NCBI GenBank assembly: GCA_965644315.1 | Contig: CBFFRQ010000069.1 | Location: forward strand, 806,001-870,000 | Source of the DNA: Caecitellus pseudoparvulus | Taxonomy: Eukaryota; Protista; Bigyra: Bicosoecida | Direction of reading: 5' to 3' | DNA length: 64,000 bases | In this document: positions 1-15,200 of the stretch, in pieces | How the letters are laid out: each line of letters starts with the position of its first letter | Numbering within the stretch: the first letter of the stretch is position 1 | Notes under the pieces: generated by a model | Databases searched by the model: none | What the model was told of the DNA's origin: nothing | Seen by the model: only the letters and a program-made list of their open reading frames with translations | Position numbers and translations under genes: made by a program

Positions 1-203
1 GGACTGCAGCAGAGCCCCCAAAAGGGCGCCATTTACGCTTTGGAATGGTGCCCTGTCTTGTCCGGCGTAGCAGTAGAAGGTGTGCATTTTACATGCATGC
101 CGTGTGCGCCGATTTTCCTTGTTCTGTGCCCTGACCTGTGGCCGTTGCACGATGTCGCTGTGCGGCGCAAGCATGCACGCTCGCCGCACCCCCCTTGCCG
201 CAG

Positions 204-3200
204 GAATGGACGCCTGCATCACTTGCCCTGCAGGGGCTTCATGTGGCAGTCTTTCTTCTGCGCCAGTCCCGTGTACTGCAGGCACGTTCTCGCAAGGCGG
301 TGCCGTGGCCTGCACTGGCTGCCCTGCTGGCCTGTACACTCAGCTCACGGGGCAGGCTGCTTGCCAGCTGTGCCCGGAAGGGCATCAATGCTTCAACCCC
401 TCGGCGGCCCCCGATGCCTGCCCTGCAGGCACATTTGCGCCTGCTGGCTCATTCCTGTGCCAAGCTTGCCCTGCAGGCAAGTACTCTGACTCCACTGGGT
501 CTGACGCTTGCACCGTGTGCCCGGCAGGATCACAGTGTGCAGACGCAACGTCCAGCCCGACCTCTTGTACGGCTGGCAGGTACAGCGCCGCCGGGTCCAT
601 CGCCTGTGCCTTGTGTACATACGGTACACGTTCCTCGTCGGACTTCACGCACTGCGAGCCGTGCCCGGCAGGCAGCGCGTGCTCTGACCCGCTTGTCGCG
701 CCGGTGGCGTGTGGGGCCGGGTACTACTCCCTGCAAGGCAACGACAATGGGTGCCTTCCTTGTCCAGCAGGGACATTTTGCCCCTCAACTTCCTCCAGCC
801 CCGTCGCCTGTGCTGAAGGCACCTTCTCCTTGGGAGCCTCTGACAGCTGCACGCCTTGCACGGCTGGCTTTGAGTGCCTGGACCCGGCTTCGCCACCCGT
901 GGCGTGCCCCAACGGCTTCTATTCAGAAGCGGGTGACATGCGGTGCCGAGTCTGCCCCGCTGGCTTCGCGTGCGCCACCCCGGCCACGTCCCCTGCTCTC
1001 TGTGCACCAGGAACGTATGCACTTGCAGGCTCCACCTCCTGCCAGGCGTGCCCCCCAGGGGAGGCCTGCCCGTCAGCCGCCGTACCACCGCAAGTGTGCC
1101 CTCCTGGTACACACTCTGGCGCATCCGCCACCGCCTGCACGCCGTGCCCAGTGGGCCAGTACTGCCCAGTGCCAGCACAGGCGCCTGTGGACTGCCCAGC
1201 GGGCTCATTCTCCTTGGGTGCGGCGCTCACGTGCACCCCTTGTCCCCCTGGACACTCCTGCGCCACACCAGGAGATGCACCTGTGCCCTGCTCCCCGGGT
1301 ACTTTCGCTACAAGTGGTGCGACTGCCTGCACATCTTGCACCGCTGGGTATTTCTGCCCCAGCACGGGCAACAATCAGCAAGTCGAGTGTCCCCTCGGCA
1401 CATACTCCACTGGAGGGGCTGCTGTGTGCACAGCTTGCCCGTCTGGCCGTGCATGTGCCTCTACTTCATCCTCTACCTCGACAGCATGCCCTCCAGGGCG
1501 CTACTCCGTCGGAGGGCAGGCGTCATGTACACTATGCCCGCCCGGCTACGAGTGCCCTGATGAGCATGGGAATTCTCGAGCGCCTTGCCCGCCTGGGACG
1601 TACTCAGAGGGGGGAGAGGCGTCCTGCATCACATGCCCAGCTGGCTCAGCTTGTCCATTCGTCACATCCTCTGCCAGAATCACGTGTGGTGATGGCTTTT
1701 ACATTTCCCCCGACTCCTCCAAGTGCCTGCAATGCCCGGCTGGCTTCTCATGCTCCTCGGGTGCCCTGGGCACTGCTTGCCCTATCGGCACGTACTCTGT
1801 GGCGGGGCAAGCTAGCTGCACTGACTGCCCTGCGGGGTACCGCTGCTTCTCAACGGATGCCCCTGTGCTGGCTGTTTGCCCTCCGGGCTCGTACTCTGCC
1901 GCAGGCGAAGCAGATTGCACACCCTGCCCAGGCGGCTCTAGCTGTGAGAATCCGGCAGGAACTCCACAAGCGTGCCCTGCGGGCAAGTACGCACCTGAGG
2001 GCTCTGAAGCATGCATTGTTTGTCCTCCGGGGTACTCCTGTGGAGCCAACGTGGATGCTCCGACAGCCTGCCCAGAAGGCAGGTACTGCCCAGCCGGCGC
2101 AACTGGGCCTGTTGCATGCACTGCTGGATACCACTGCCCCCCGCGCTCCGCTGAGGACTTCATGCGAGAGTGCCCAATCGGGTACTATTGCCCAAACGCA
2201 GGGGGCAATTTTGGCCCAGTTGCTTGCGCAGCCGGCAGACGGGGCGTGGTGTCGGGGGCAGCAGCTGCGAGCGAGTGCGAAACGTGCCCTGCTGGCTACG
2301 ACTGCAACGCAGGACAAACTCGAGGGGAAGCCGTGCTGTGTGCTCCAGGCCAGTATTGTCCAGAGGGGGACGCAGGGGCGCCGCGAGATTGCCCACAAGG
2401 CCGCTACAGTCCAACCCCTGGCGGGAGGTCCCAAGTTGCAGCCTGCCTTGTGTGCCCTGCCGGCTACAGGTGCGGCACAGGCGCGGCAGACTTTGACGAT
2501 GACTGCCCAGAGGGTCACTATTGCCCCGCTGGTACTGCTGCTGCCGGGCAAGTTCCGTGCCCAGCGGGTCGTTTCGGTGGGGCTGGCCGCACAAACCTGC
2601 AGTCCCAGGCAGACTGCTACAACTGCACCCGGGGTGCGTACTGCCCCGGGGATGGGACTCCAGATCCCATTGATTGTGCAGCAGGGACGTATAACTCATT
2701 GCCCGGCGCTGACAGCGTTGAGGACTGCATTCTGTGTGATGCCGGGTGGCTGTGTCCAAACCCAGGCACGTACGTCCTGACAGTTCGGTGCTCTCCGGGG
2801 CACTATTGCGACCGGGGCAGCATCACCCTGAACGTTGCTCCGTCGGGGCAGTGCCCCGCTGGCCGCTGGACCACACGAGATGACGTCACACGACCCGAGG
2901 AGTGCACTACTTGCCCGCCTCGCTACCAGTGTGCGGCTGGCACAGGCAGCACTGGGACTCCGCTCCCTCAAGACTGTACACCTGGGTACTACTGTCCTGA
3001 AGCGACGCAGGCTGGTGCAGTGGATGTGAACTTGGACCCGCTTCTGTGTGCTCGGGGGAACGCGTGCCCATGCCCGGCTGGGAGGTACTCCCCTGCCACC
3101 AACTTGGCCTCGTGGGAAGAGTGCACTGTCTGCCCTCCTGGCAGCTTCTGTTCGGGGGGTGACACTGCAGTCTCTGGGCCGTGCACTGCGGGCTTCTACT

Positions 3201-6200
3201 GCCCCGTGGGCTCTGAAGTCAGCACACCCTTCCCGTGCCCCGCAGGGAAGTTCTCGGCAGCCACCGACTTGGTCAGCGAGGATGGCTGCCAGCCCTGCAC
3301 AGTGTCAAACTACTGCCCCGAATCAGCGACAGCGCCGTCCCCTTGCCCCCCCGGTCGCTATGGCAACTTGACACAGTTGACAAGCAGCACAGACTGCGCC
3401 TTGTGCCCTCCTGGTTATACATGTCCAGGGACGGGCAACTCCGCACCGACGCAGTGCGGGACCGGGCGCTACTCTACTTGGGGAGAGGCATCCACTCCAT
3501 GCACGCCTTGTGCTGCCGGGCGCTTCTGCTCTGCAGTGACCACCTCTGCCATTCAGCATGACTTGAATCTGTGCCCCGCAGGCACGCTGTGCACTGCAGG
3601 CACCGGCAAGGACCCGGAGTTTACGAACGAACCCTGCCCGGCTGGGCACTACTGCCCGGCTGGCACGCCAGCAGCTGTACCGTGTCCTGACGGCACGTAC
3701 CAACCGCACCTGGGTGCCAAGTCGGAGCTCGAGTGCTTGCTGTGTCCACCAGGCAGGTACTGTGTGTCTATGGACACGCAGCCTGGCCCACTTTGCTCCA
3801 CTGGACACTATTGCCCAGAGGGCTCCTCCTCGCCCACGCAAGAAACTTGCCCCGAGGGCTTCTACCGGGAAATCACTGGGGGGCAGCAGCAAGCGGACTG
3901 TGCGCTCTGCCCTTCCGGCTTCGTGTGTGGCGTTGCGACGACAGTGCCCTCAGACTGCCCTCGAGGCTTCTACTGTGTGGTGGGCGTCTCTACCCCCGAG
4001 CCATGCCCTCCTGGGACCTTCTCCAACTCCACGAACATTCGACGAGTGGAAGACTGCACCGTTTGCACGCCAGGGTTTTACTGTGACGCCTTCGGGCTCA
4101 CCGAGCCGACCGGGCCCTGTGACGCCGGCTACTTCTGCCTGGGTGGCTCCCCCACCTCCGCGCCAGTGGACTCGAGGGACCCGCTCGGCTCTGAGCCGAC
4201 ACCCATTGGAGGACGCTGCCCTGCAGGAGGCTACTGCCCAGTGGGCTCATCCGCTGCAACTGCGTGCCCTGCTGGTTTCTTTCTCAACGTTACTGGTGCA
4301 ACTTCAGCTGATCAGTGCATTCCGTGTGAAGCCGGCTTCTTTTGCCTTGGGTCCAACGCGGCAGCGCCCACAGCACTCTGTGACCCCGGCTTCTACTGCC
4401 CACAGGGCTCCACAAGCGCCAAACAGGTGCCCACCCCCATCGGGCACTTCACCGAAGCAGGGGCCGCGTTCCCTGTGCCCTGCCCGCCTGGCAGGTACCA
4501 AAACCAGCAGCGTCAAAGCTCCTGTATCGTCTGCGATGCACAGCGATACTGCCCGTACTATGCGACAAACACGACTCTGGTGTGCCCTGCGGGCTTTTAC
4601 TGTCCCGAAGGAACTTCTCAACCTGAGCCTTGCCCTCGAGGAAGGTTTTCCTCCACAGTTCAACTGCAGTCCGCTTTGGAGTGCAGCAACTGCACAGGGG
4701 GCATGTATTGTGGCGATTTCGGGCTCACAGCTCCCAGCGGACAGTGTGAGGCAGGGTATTTCTGCTCCTTGGAGTCGCCGGTGCCAAACCCAGGCTACGA
4801 TGGCTCAGACCCTGTGTACGGTGACGAGTGCCCTGCAGGTTCCTTCTGTGTGGCAGGAACGACAACCCCAGCTGCGTGCCCAGTCGGGCGGTACCAGCCC
4901 GTGACACGGGCGTCTTCATTTGCTGATTGCCTGGAGTGCCCGCCAGGCCGGTACTGCGACTCGTCGGGCCAATCCTCCACCACCGGGGACTGCGCTGCCG
5001 GCTTCTTTTGTGTCGCTGCCGCCGTGAGTGATAGTCCAACTGATGGAGTAACAGGGAACACGTGTCCCCAGGGCTCATACTGCCCGGGGGGCACGTCTTT
5101 CCCACTGACTTGCCCTCCGGGCAGGTATGGCTCCAGTGCTGGTCTCTCCATTTGTGATGTCTGCCCAGCACGGTCAGTGTGCGACGGTACTACCCCCACG
5201 ACCACGCCACCTTGCCCGCAGGGCTCATACTGCCCAGGTGGAACAGATACCAACATTCCTCTGTGTCCACCCGGCAGGTATGGCGCTGCCCCCTCTCTCG
5301 CGTCAGCTGATGAGTGCACCGCTTGCGAGCCGGGCGTGTACTGCTTCTCTCATGGACTGACAACCCCCACGGGGCAGTGTGAAGCGGGCTACTTCTGCAA
5401 TGGCACCGCAGTGGATGCATTCGGACGCACGGCCGTTGGTGGGGACACCTTCCCTTGCCCTGCAGGGCACTTCTGCCCGGCAGGAACCAGTGACATCGAG
5501 GAGTGCCCCGTGGGAACATACTCACCCTCGGAAGGCAACGAAGAGGCAGCAGACTGCCTCATGTGCTCAGTGGGGTCTTTCTGTGCCACACCTGGCTTAG
5601 TGGCACCGACAGGCGACTGCGATGCCGGGCACTACTGTGCCCGGAATGTGACTGTGCCGAACCCTACATCAGGCATTGTCACGTTGCCGTACAGCGGCGA
5701 TGTCTTCACTGGCAGCATCGAAGTGGGCGGTGATGTGTGTCCAGCAGGCCACACCTGCGCTGCAGGCACCTCAATCCCCACTCCGTGCATCGCAGGCACA
5801 TACAACAGTCTCACAGGGCAGACATCTTGCACGCCCTGCGCAGAAGGCCACTTCTGCCTGGAAGGAAGCACAGGGTTTTCCGGTAGCCCTTGCCCAGCTG
5901 GCTTCTTCTGCCCGAATGGTACAGAGTTTGCGACGCAGTACCCATGCCCGAATGGGACTTTTTCCAACACTGAGGGTCTCTCTCGCGTAGATCAATGTGA
6001 GCCTTGCCCAGGCGGCTCATACTGTGGAGGAGTCGCAAACACAGCCCCGGACGGTGTTTGTGCGGCGGGCTTTTTCTGTTTGGGTGGAGCACGCACGCCG
6101 AAGCCCACCGACGGCGTGACGGGCAACGTGTGCGGAAGTGGCACGATTTGCCCTGCGAATACCACACTGCCGACTTTGTGTCCGCCTGGGTCCTACTGTG

Positions 6201-9200
6201 TTGACGAGGTGAGCCAGGCCCCCTGTTCGGCTGGGTACTACTGCATCGGTGGCTCGTTCACGCCGACTCCTGCCGGGCAGCTGAGTGTTTTGGGGAGCAG
6301 CATTGGAGACATTTGCCCCCGAGGGCACTACTGCGTTGCTGGTACGTCTAGCCCCCAAGCCTGCCCTCCTGCAACATACTCCCCCACATTTGGCAATGAC
6401 GCTCTGGACGACTGCCTGCCGTGCCAGCCTGGCTTCTATTGTGACGGAAATGCGACAGTGACGCCGACCCTGCAATGTGGTGCTGGGCATTACTGCCCTG
6501 GGGGTGCCTCCACGCCCACCCAGGTGGTGTGCCCGGCTGGCTTCTTCTGCCCCACTGGCAGCGCTCTCCCTGAGGCCTGTGCTGCGGGCACATACAACCC
6601 TGTCTCAAACGCAAGTGCCTGCCTCACTTGCCCAGAAGGCTTCTTCTGCCCGAACGCCACTGTGACACCTGTCGATTGTCCAGCAGGCTACTTCTGTCCC
6701 AACGGCACAAGTCGGGGCACAGAGGCGCCCTGCCCTCCAGGGACCTTTTCAGCGGCCACGAACTTGGTGTCTGTTGACCAGTGCACTCCCTGCTCTCCCG
6801 GCATGTATTGCGGGGTTGCAGGGCAGAGCGCCCCCACTGGCCCCTGTGATGAAGGTTTTTATTGCGTGTCGGGCGCGAACGTTTCCTCTCCAACTTACGG
6901 TTTCGAATCTGGTTACACTTGCTCCATTGCTGGCTGGGGAGATGGCGACTGCCCTGGCGATGACGGCAATTCGACGGTGCCAGGCACCGGGGACATCTGC
7001 CCGCCTGGACACTTCTGCCCCGCTGGAAGCCCAAACCCCCTGCAGTGCCCGCCTGGAACGTTCAACCCTGCATATGGACGAAGCCAGAACACCAGCGGCT
7101 GCCAACCGTGCACTCCGGGGTTCACGTGCCCTGACTCCGCCACAGTGTCGCCGACTGTGCCCTGCGCTGCGACATTTTATTGTCCTGCGGGTCAGTCTAG
7201 CAGTTCATTGTCGTGCGTCGCTGGGCACTACTGTGACGGAGGGGACGCCAGTCCTATCCCCTGTCCAGCGGGTACGTTCCAGGCGTCCACCGGTGCGTCC
7301 ACTTGCGACCCTTGCCCGGCTGGTTCATACTGTGGAAATGCCACCGTTTCGCCGTCCGTGTGCCCGCAGGGCAGCTTCTGCCCGGAAGGCACCCGATTTG
7401 GCGGGGAGTTCCTGTGCCCCAACGGCACTTACGGCAACTCCTCAGGCCTCTCTTCACTTTCGCAGTGTACCGAGTGCGATGGCGGTCGCTACTGCTTCCC
7501 CTCTGGCCTCACCAGCCCGGCTGGGCTTTGTGATGCTGGGTACTACTGCACCAATGGTAGTGCCACGCGCACACCCACAGCATCTTTCAATGGCAGGGGA
7601 CCTGGCCTCACGGGCCTCTTTGTTGGTGATGTTTGTCCCCAAGGACACTACTGCGAAGCTGGCGTGGCTGCTCCCATTGCATGCCCCGTCGGTACGTTTT
7701 CTTCATCGCGAAGCAACACAGCTTTATCTGATTGTGAGGACTGCACCCCTGGGTTCCTCTGCCCCAACGCGGGGACAATCACGCCCACTGTTGCTTGCCC
7801 TGCCGGTTTCTTCTGCCCTGCAGGGTCATCTGTCGCAGTGAATGCTTGCCCTGCAGGCTTTTTCTGTCCAGGCGGGGACGAGTCCCCGCAGCCATGTCCG
7901 CTGGGAGCGTACTCCAACACCACTGGGCAGAGTGCATGCGAGGCGTGCCCGTCCGGCTTCTTCTGCGCCGGAGCGACGGCTGTCCCGTCAGATTGCCCCC
8001 CGGGTTTCTATTGCCCAATTGGGACTCGTTTCGGTTCAGAGTACCCATGTCCCGAGGGAACCTTTTCGAACTCTTCAAACCTCATGGCAACAGGTCAGTG
8101 CCTTCCTTGCTCGCCAGGCATGTACTGCGGCCAGCCCGCCCTGCGGGAGCCATCAGGGCCATGTGGGCCAGGTTTCTACTGTGGCGCGGGGTCCTCAACA
8201 CCCACCCCCGCTGGGTTCAAGTGCTCGGCTGGCTTCATCTGCACATATGGTTCCTCAAGCCCGACGCCGAGTGGAACCTTCTCGCCTAACTCCATCGTTG
8301 ATGAGGGCTACCCTTGCCCGGCAGGGCACTACTGCCTGGCGGGCGATACGTACCCCCGTGGCTGTGCGCCAGGCACGCAGCAGCCGCTGACAGGCCAAGC
8401 GTCCTGTGACCCCTGCCCTGCAAGTTTGTTGTGCTCGGGAAACACTGCCTTGGGGGAACTGTGCCCTGTGGGCTTTTTCTGCCCCCAAGGCAGCGCACAG
8501 CCGCAAGCTTGCCCAGCTGGGACATTTGGAGCTGCAAGGGGATTGAACTCTTCTGCCTCGTGTGCTACCTGCCCGCCGGCTTCGTACTGTGTGGACGGGA
8601 ATGTGACAGCACCGTGTGCCGCTGGGTTTGTCTGTGGAAGTGGCTCCACTACGCCAACACCTGGCGGCTCCAAGGGAGCTTCTCCCAACTACATCTGCCC
8701 GCGAGGCTTCTATTGTCCTGAAGGCTCCAGTACTGAGTCAGCGTGCCCGCCGGGTACCTTTTCCGCTGCCTTGGGCGCCACTTCGGCTGCTGCCTGCGGC
8801 CCATGCCCGCCAGGATTTACTTGTGCAGACGGCAACCCCATCCCCATTCCCTGCGAAGCAGGGCACTTTTGTCCTGGGGCTGGGCAACAGATTGCTTGCC
8901 CACGGCGGTCGTACAACCCTGTGACGGAGTCATCCAATGTCACGGCTTGCTTGCCTTGCCCGGCCGGCTTCTTCTGTGATGATGAGGGCATTGCAGACAT
9001 CTCATTGTGGAGCTGCCCCCCTGGCTTTTTCTGCCCGGAGCAGACTTCTCAGCCTGTGCAGTGCCTGGCGGGTTCCTTCCGGGACACTCCTGGAGCTGGC
9101 TTCGCAGAGGAGTGCCCCCCTTGTACAGCAGGCAGCTATTGTCCCACTGGGTCTGTGTCGCCAGTCTCTTGCAGGGGTGGCACGACGTGTCCACCAGGCG

Positions 9201-12200
9201 CCACTAATGAGACCGTGTGCCCTGCAGGGTACTACTGTCCTCCGCCTGCCAGCACGAACATCACCGCGCCGATCCCCTGTCCTGCAGGCAGCTTCTGCCC
9301 CGAAGGCTCCGCGTCCCCCACCACGTGCCCGCTTGGCACCTGCTGCCCAGCTTTGCTGTCCTACCCACTGGTGTGCCCCAAAGGCACCTTCTCCCCGCCC
9401 GAGACGTCCCAGGCAGCGCGTACCGACTGTGACATTGCCTGCCAGAGCTGTCCTCCTGGAACATTCAGTGAGGCCACTGATGGAACCGCGTGTGAAGTGT
9501 GCAGCCCTGGCTTTGTGTGCAGGGGTGGCACCAGCAGTGAAGCGCCGTTTTCGATGGAGACTCACAGCGGTTACCCGTGCCCTGCAGGGCATTATTGTCC
9601 CGCTGGGTCTGCGGTGGAGCTTGCCTGTCCCCGCGGCACGTACAACCCTCTGCCGGGCCAAGCCAATGCCACGGCATGCTTGGCTTGCCCCGTGGATTCT
9701 TACAATAATTTGGAAGGGCAAGCCGCCTGCCGGCCCTGCTCCTCCTCAGCGTTTGCTCCAGAGCTGGGATCATTCGAGTGCAAGTGCCGCGGCCAGTACC
9801 GGCACTTCCAGTGGACGGATGGCATGTGCGTTTGTCAACCAGGCTATCACGCGCTCACTGCCGACGGGGACTTGGTCGCCGAGGCAGATGGCGAGGAAGA
9901 CTGCCAGCCCATGACGTTCCCTTGGTGTGAGCTTGGCCAGCAGCGCCTCGCTTCGGGGGCATGTGCTTCCCTGGACTGCGACAGCATTGAGCAGTGCCCG
10001 ACTGGGGCTGGGCGCTTCTTGCCCGACACCGGTGTGTGTGCGTGCACGGGGGCGCTGTCGGGCTCAGATGTCTGCGGGGAGTCATGCCAGGCAACCTCTG
10101 TGAAGCTTGCGATGGACAGGTCCACAGGCGACTTGATTGTCACCGACCCCACCACAGTCCCGCCAAGCTCCAAACGCCTGGACCCTCGCGATGACATCCC
10201 TGGCTTTACAGGCACGCTGTCGTGCGTGGACGCAAGGCAGCGCTGGGTAGCGCAACAGATTAGCGAGGCTGGTGGTGCCGCCTTGGCTCTAGAAGCTGCC
10301 AGCGCTGGGAACGGCTCTGCTGCCGCCGCCAGGTTGAACGCAGCCATCTCTCTGGCTGCTGACATCCCTTGTGACGTCCATTCAGTCTCCCTGTCGTCAG
10401 AAGGCTTCTTGGGAGTTTTCGGGGCAGATGATTCCGTTGTGGGTGCGTCCGCTGGGGCTGGTGCAAGGGCCCGGCGTCGCATGTCAGCATTGCGCTTGGT
10501 CCGAGCCAAACTCGTCGATGCCCAGTCAGATGAGACACTTGCCTTGCGTCCTGAAGCGGCAGCAGCAGCTCGCTCCGAAGCACAGAGCCTCTTGCGTGAC
10601 ATTGCAGCTCTGACAGCATCAGATCTTGCGCATGGAGCTGCCACGTTTGCGGGCTTGGATGTGCCTCCCGGCCAAGAAGCGTACACTCTTCGTCGCCTTC
10701 TTGCCGATGCTTCAGGTATCGAAGGGTTGAGTGTGCTGGCCAACGACACCTACGCTGGAGCCGCTGAGCATCTGCTTGGCTCAGCAGCAACATGGGCGCG
10801 ATTGGCAGGCAGGGGCACCTTGTGGGCCAGGCAGTGGGCCGCTGCTGCTGAGGCTGTGCTGGAACGCCCCCACTCCATCGGCAACTCAGGTGATCCCCAA
10901 AGCTCATGGTGGTTCTCTTCCTCCGTGCGCAAAGGAGGGCGTGACCTGCAGAGCACTGTTTCGAGCCCCTTCGTATCACGACCCCTTACCTGCCTGCAGC
11001 TTGGACAAAGCTTGCTATTCTCACTCTCTGTGCAAAGCGACGGAACCAAGAGCTACCCGGTGTACGTGAAGGATTCATTCTTAAACTCCAACCCAGGATT
11101 TGATTACGGCCCATTCAGGCAACTGCAACAGCAGATGGCGTCCCCCGAATTGGCCGCCAGCATCAGTACGTTTGGATACACGTTCGCACAAGCTGGCACA
11201 TTTGTCTTCGCGTCATCTTCAGACCCCACGAATCAAATCGTCGTCGTGGTCGTGGAAGTTGGCCAGCAGTGTCCCTCGACCATGCAGGGGCTCGCATTCC
11301 AGCCCACTACTAGCGAAAACTTGGTGTCTCTGGGGGTGGGAACGGAGAGCGAGGTGCACCTGGATCCCAACTGGGATTTGCTGGCGCTGCTTTTGTCGGC
11401 GCTGTTCATCATTCTGCTCGCAGTCGTGGCCGGCGTGTACATCTTCAGGCATCGGGCATGGGGCAACGTCTCAGTTGGCTTGGATGCAATGGGTGCTGGG
11501 GAGTCACAAAAGGGCCACAAGGGCGCTATGGCCAAGGAATACCAGGCGCTCATTGATGCAGAGAAGGCCGGGGAGCGCAGCGCAGTTGGCTCGGCCGGTG
11601 ATGCAGAGCGTGCCACAGACGGCAAGACAGCCGGCACCAGACGCTTGCAAGGAGGTGCTGCCGTTGGCTCCGATGAATGGGATGGAGACAGTGCATTGCT
11701 TGGTGGAGACGTGTCTACCTTTGGTGGCGAGCTCATGGATGTGGAGGATGAGGACCTGCGTGAGCTCATCAGGCAGCTCCAGGCACACCATGCGGAGGTG
11801 GCAGAGTCCTTCAAACAGCAGCAGGACGCAGCGCAGGAAATACTGGATGCCTTGCACGAGGAAGCCGACGAGCTGCGACGCATGATTGCTGCTTCGACAG
11901 CTGAAATGGCGGCCGATACTGCCGTTGTCGGGGAAGGTGGCGAGGCTGCGAAGCGGGCGGCTGCCCTGCGGCAGATGGAAGGAGAGCTGCACGGGCGCGA
12001 TGTCATGGCGTCCCAGATGCAGCGTGCCGAAGCAGATATTCAGGCCGCCATTACAAAGCTGGCAGAGGTGCTCAGAGAACAGCCTGAGGCTGTTGCGAAA
12101 GAAATGCTGGCTGACATCTTGGCGGCTGACGATGACATGGCGAACCCAGCCTTGGCCGGTGCTGCTATTCGCAAGCAGCTGCCTGAAGCGTCTTCCACTG

Positions 12201-15200
12201 GTGAAGAGGTCAGCAGGGCCACGCAGTCACTCCGCGATGCCATTGCCAGATTCTCTGACATTGTAACCACTGAACGCAAGCGTAGGGCTGAAGGGCTGTC
12301 CGTGTGGCGGAAGGCCGGGGGCCAAGGTATGCAGGATGCAGCACCTGAGGCCATGGCAGCTTTGGACCGCTACGAAACAGCGCTGGGTCCCATGGACGCT
12401 GCCGTTGCTCAGTACTTGGGCACATTGCGTGCCTTCAGCACAGGCTCTGGGCAGTACCTGACAGCTCAGAGGGCCAGCCTTCGCGCATTCATTGACGAGT
12501 ATGGCACTTCCGCCGAGACGCAAAACGCGGCTGTCATGGAAAAGTGCCTTGTGGGTCACCAAGCCAAGCTTGGAAAGCTCGTCACTCAGCTGTATCATGC
12601 TCTGGAGGTTTTGCAAGGCAGGCTGCCTTCGCTTGGAGCCAGGGTGCGCTCCACGCGGGATGCTGTTGGGCGCAGCACCAAGGCTGCCCTTGTCCCACTT
12701 GCACAGGCCCGCACAGCGGCTGAGGAAGAAGCTAAGGCTGCAGGAATGACTCCGGTAGGCCTTGCTGGCCTTTCAGCCCAGCTTCACCGCCTCATCGAGA
12801 CGCTACAAAACAGCATGTACACTCCTGGCCTCGAGCACGAGGAGGGGGCAGGGGATGGGGAAGACGACGCTGCAACAAGCACCGCTGCTGGCATGCACGG
12901 AGCTGCTGACGGCCTTGTCGCAGCAGTGGACCGTGAAATCGAAGCAGAGAATGCCGAGTTGGAGGCTGCCATTGCAGCCCAGCAAAAGGCGGCGGACGAG
13001 GAGGCTGCAGTTGCAGAGGCTGAGGCTCGCAAGAAGCTCATGGATCGCCTGGCAGACCCCCACATGACGGATGAGGAGCGGCAGCGTCTCTTAGCCGAGT
13101 TTGAGCGTGATCAGAGCAAGGTGCAGGCAAAGCTCGAAGCTGAAAAGCGCCGCCAGGCTGCCGACATGCGTGCAAAGTTACAACAGCGACGAGACGAGCG
13201 CCTGAGGCGCAAACTGAAACGCGCTGAAGCAGAAGCGGCTGATGAACTGCAGCGGCAGCAGCAGGAGCAGGCTGAGGCTCTTGTTGCCGAGCAGGAAGCT
13301 GCAGCTGCCGCGGCCGCTGCAGCTGAAGAGGCTGAGATCGCGGCTGCTGTTGCCAAGGCCCGCACTGAATTAGGCAGCCAGGACGGCACATTCGATGTCG
13401 AGTCAGCCCTGCGCAGACTGCGAGAAGAGTTTGAGGCTGACCAGGACACTGCTGCAGCAGCCCTTGCCGCTGAGCAGGCTCGCCAAGCGACGTCATTGCA
13501 AGGCAAGCTTCGGCTGCAGCGACGGGAGCGAGCGCGTCTCGCTGCCCAAAGGCGCCAAGCAGCCATGGCTGAGGCTGGCGACGATTTCCACGCAGTCTCT
13601 CGTGCGCTGGCAGCGGAAGCTGAAGCCACTGCAGCTGACGGTGACGCTGCAGTCCAAGCGAATGAGCACGCAAAGCAAGAGCAGTCTGCAGCGCTCTCTG
13701 CTGCGATGGCAGAGCAGTCTCGAGCTTGGCAACAGCGCCAGGCAGAGTACAGCGCAAAGCTGGCAGCCCTTGAGACAGCAATCGACGAGGAGGCTGCTGC
13801 CAAGCTGGCGAGTGCCACTGCATCCATTCGTGGGCAGTGGGCTTTGCGGGAAGCTGAGATGAAGGAGCGCCAGGAGAAAGAACTTGCAGCAGCCCCGCCT
13901 GATGAAAGGCCAGCGCTAATCGCCAACCATGCTGCTGAAGCCTCCAAGCTGGCTGCTGGACTCGAACATGCGCTCAACGCCGCTGAAGCTGACATTGACG
14001 CAGCATCTGCTGCTGCCAAGGCGCAGCTTTCGGCAGAGCAAGCCAAGTCTCGCCTTGCTGCGGCACGCCACCAAGGTGAATGGCGGCTGACAATGGCAAA
14101 GGCAGAGCATGAGTTGGACAAGGCAGCTCGTGAGGAGGCGTTGACAGATGAAGTCGCCCACAACCGTGCCCAGCGGGAGCTAGAGCTGGAAGCTCGGCAA
14201 GCTGAAGAAATGGCAGCGGCTACCTCGGATGCTGAGCGCGCAGCCCTCGCCAAGCGCCATGCAGCTGAGATGGAAGAGCTGCAGCGTGTGCTGGCCCGTG
14301 AAGAGGAGGCAAAATGGGCTGCTGCAGAAGACGCCTCCAAGGCCGCTGCGGTGGACCTGGAGGCTGCCGTGCAACGTCTGCGGAACGAATTTGAAAGCGA
14401 AGCGGACACTTTGGCCGGAGCCCTTGCCGCTGAACGCAAACGTCAGAAGGGTGACATGAAGTCAAGACTTGCAGCGCGGAAGACACGTCGTCTGCAGGCT
14501 ATGCGGCGGCGCCAGCAAGCGGAGTTGGCTGCGGCAGCAAGCCCCGAAGCTGCAGAGGCCATCGCCAAGGCCCATGCCGCAGAGGAGCGTGACGTACGCT
14601 TGGCACTGGAAGAGGGGGAGGCCTCCGCATCAGCTGCTTTGGACGCCCAAGCCAAGCTCACGGTCGCTGCCTTTGATGCTGACAAGGAGCTGGCGCGACT
14701 GCATGAGCAGTTGAACGCTGAGGCGGGTGAGCGAGAGGATGCGATGGACCGGGACAGGCGCCGCCAGCGCACAGGCTTGAAGCGAAAGCTTGCTGAGCGG
14801 AGGGCCCGCAAGCTGGCCCGTATGCGCGCAAAGCACGCAGAGGAGCTGGCCCAGGCTGCTGACGAAGCTGCCCGAGCAGCTCTGCGGGCACAGCACGCGG
14901 AAGAGTCCCAGGACGCAGAGCAAGAAGCCCAGGAGCAAGAGGACGCAGAGGTCGCAGCGCTGGAAGCCAAGCTGGACGTTGCTCAAAAACAGCATGAGCT
15001 AGACTACGCACGGGACAGTGAGACCATTCAGGAGCAGTTTGCCGTGCTGCGGTCCCAGGCGGATGACGAAGCGGAGCGGGCACTGGCCAAGGTGCAAGGC
15101 GAAGAAAAACGCCAAGCAGCCGCACTGGAGTCACGTTTGCGAGCTCGCAAGCGCCGAAAGATGCGTGCGCTGCAGCGAAAGCAGGCAGCTGAGCGAGCTG

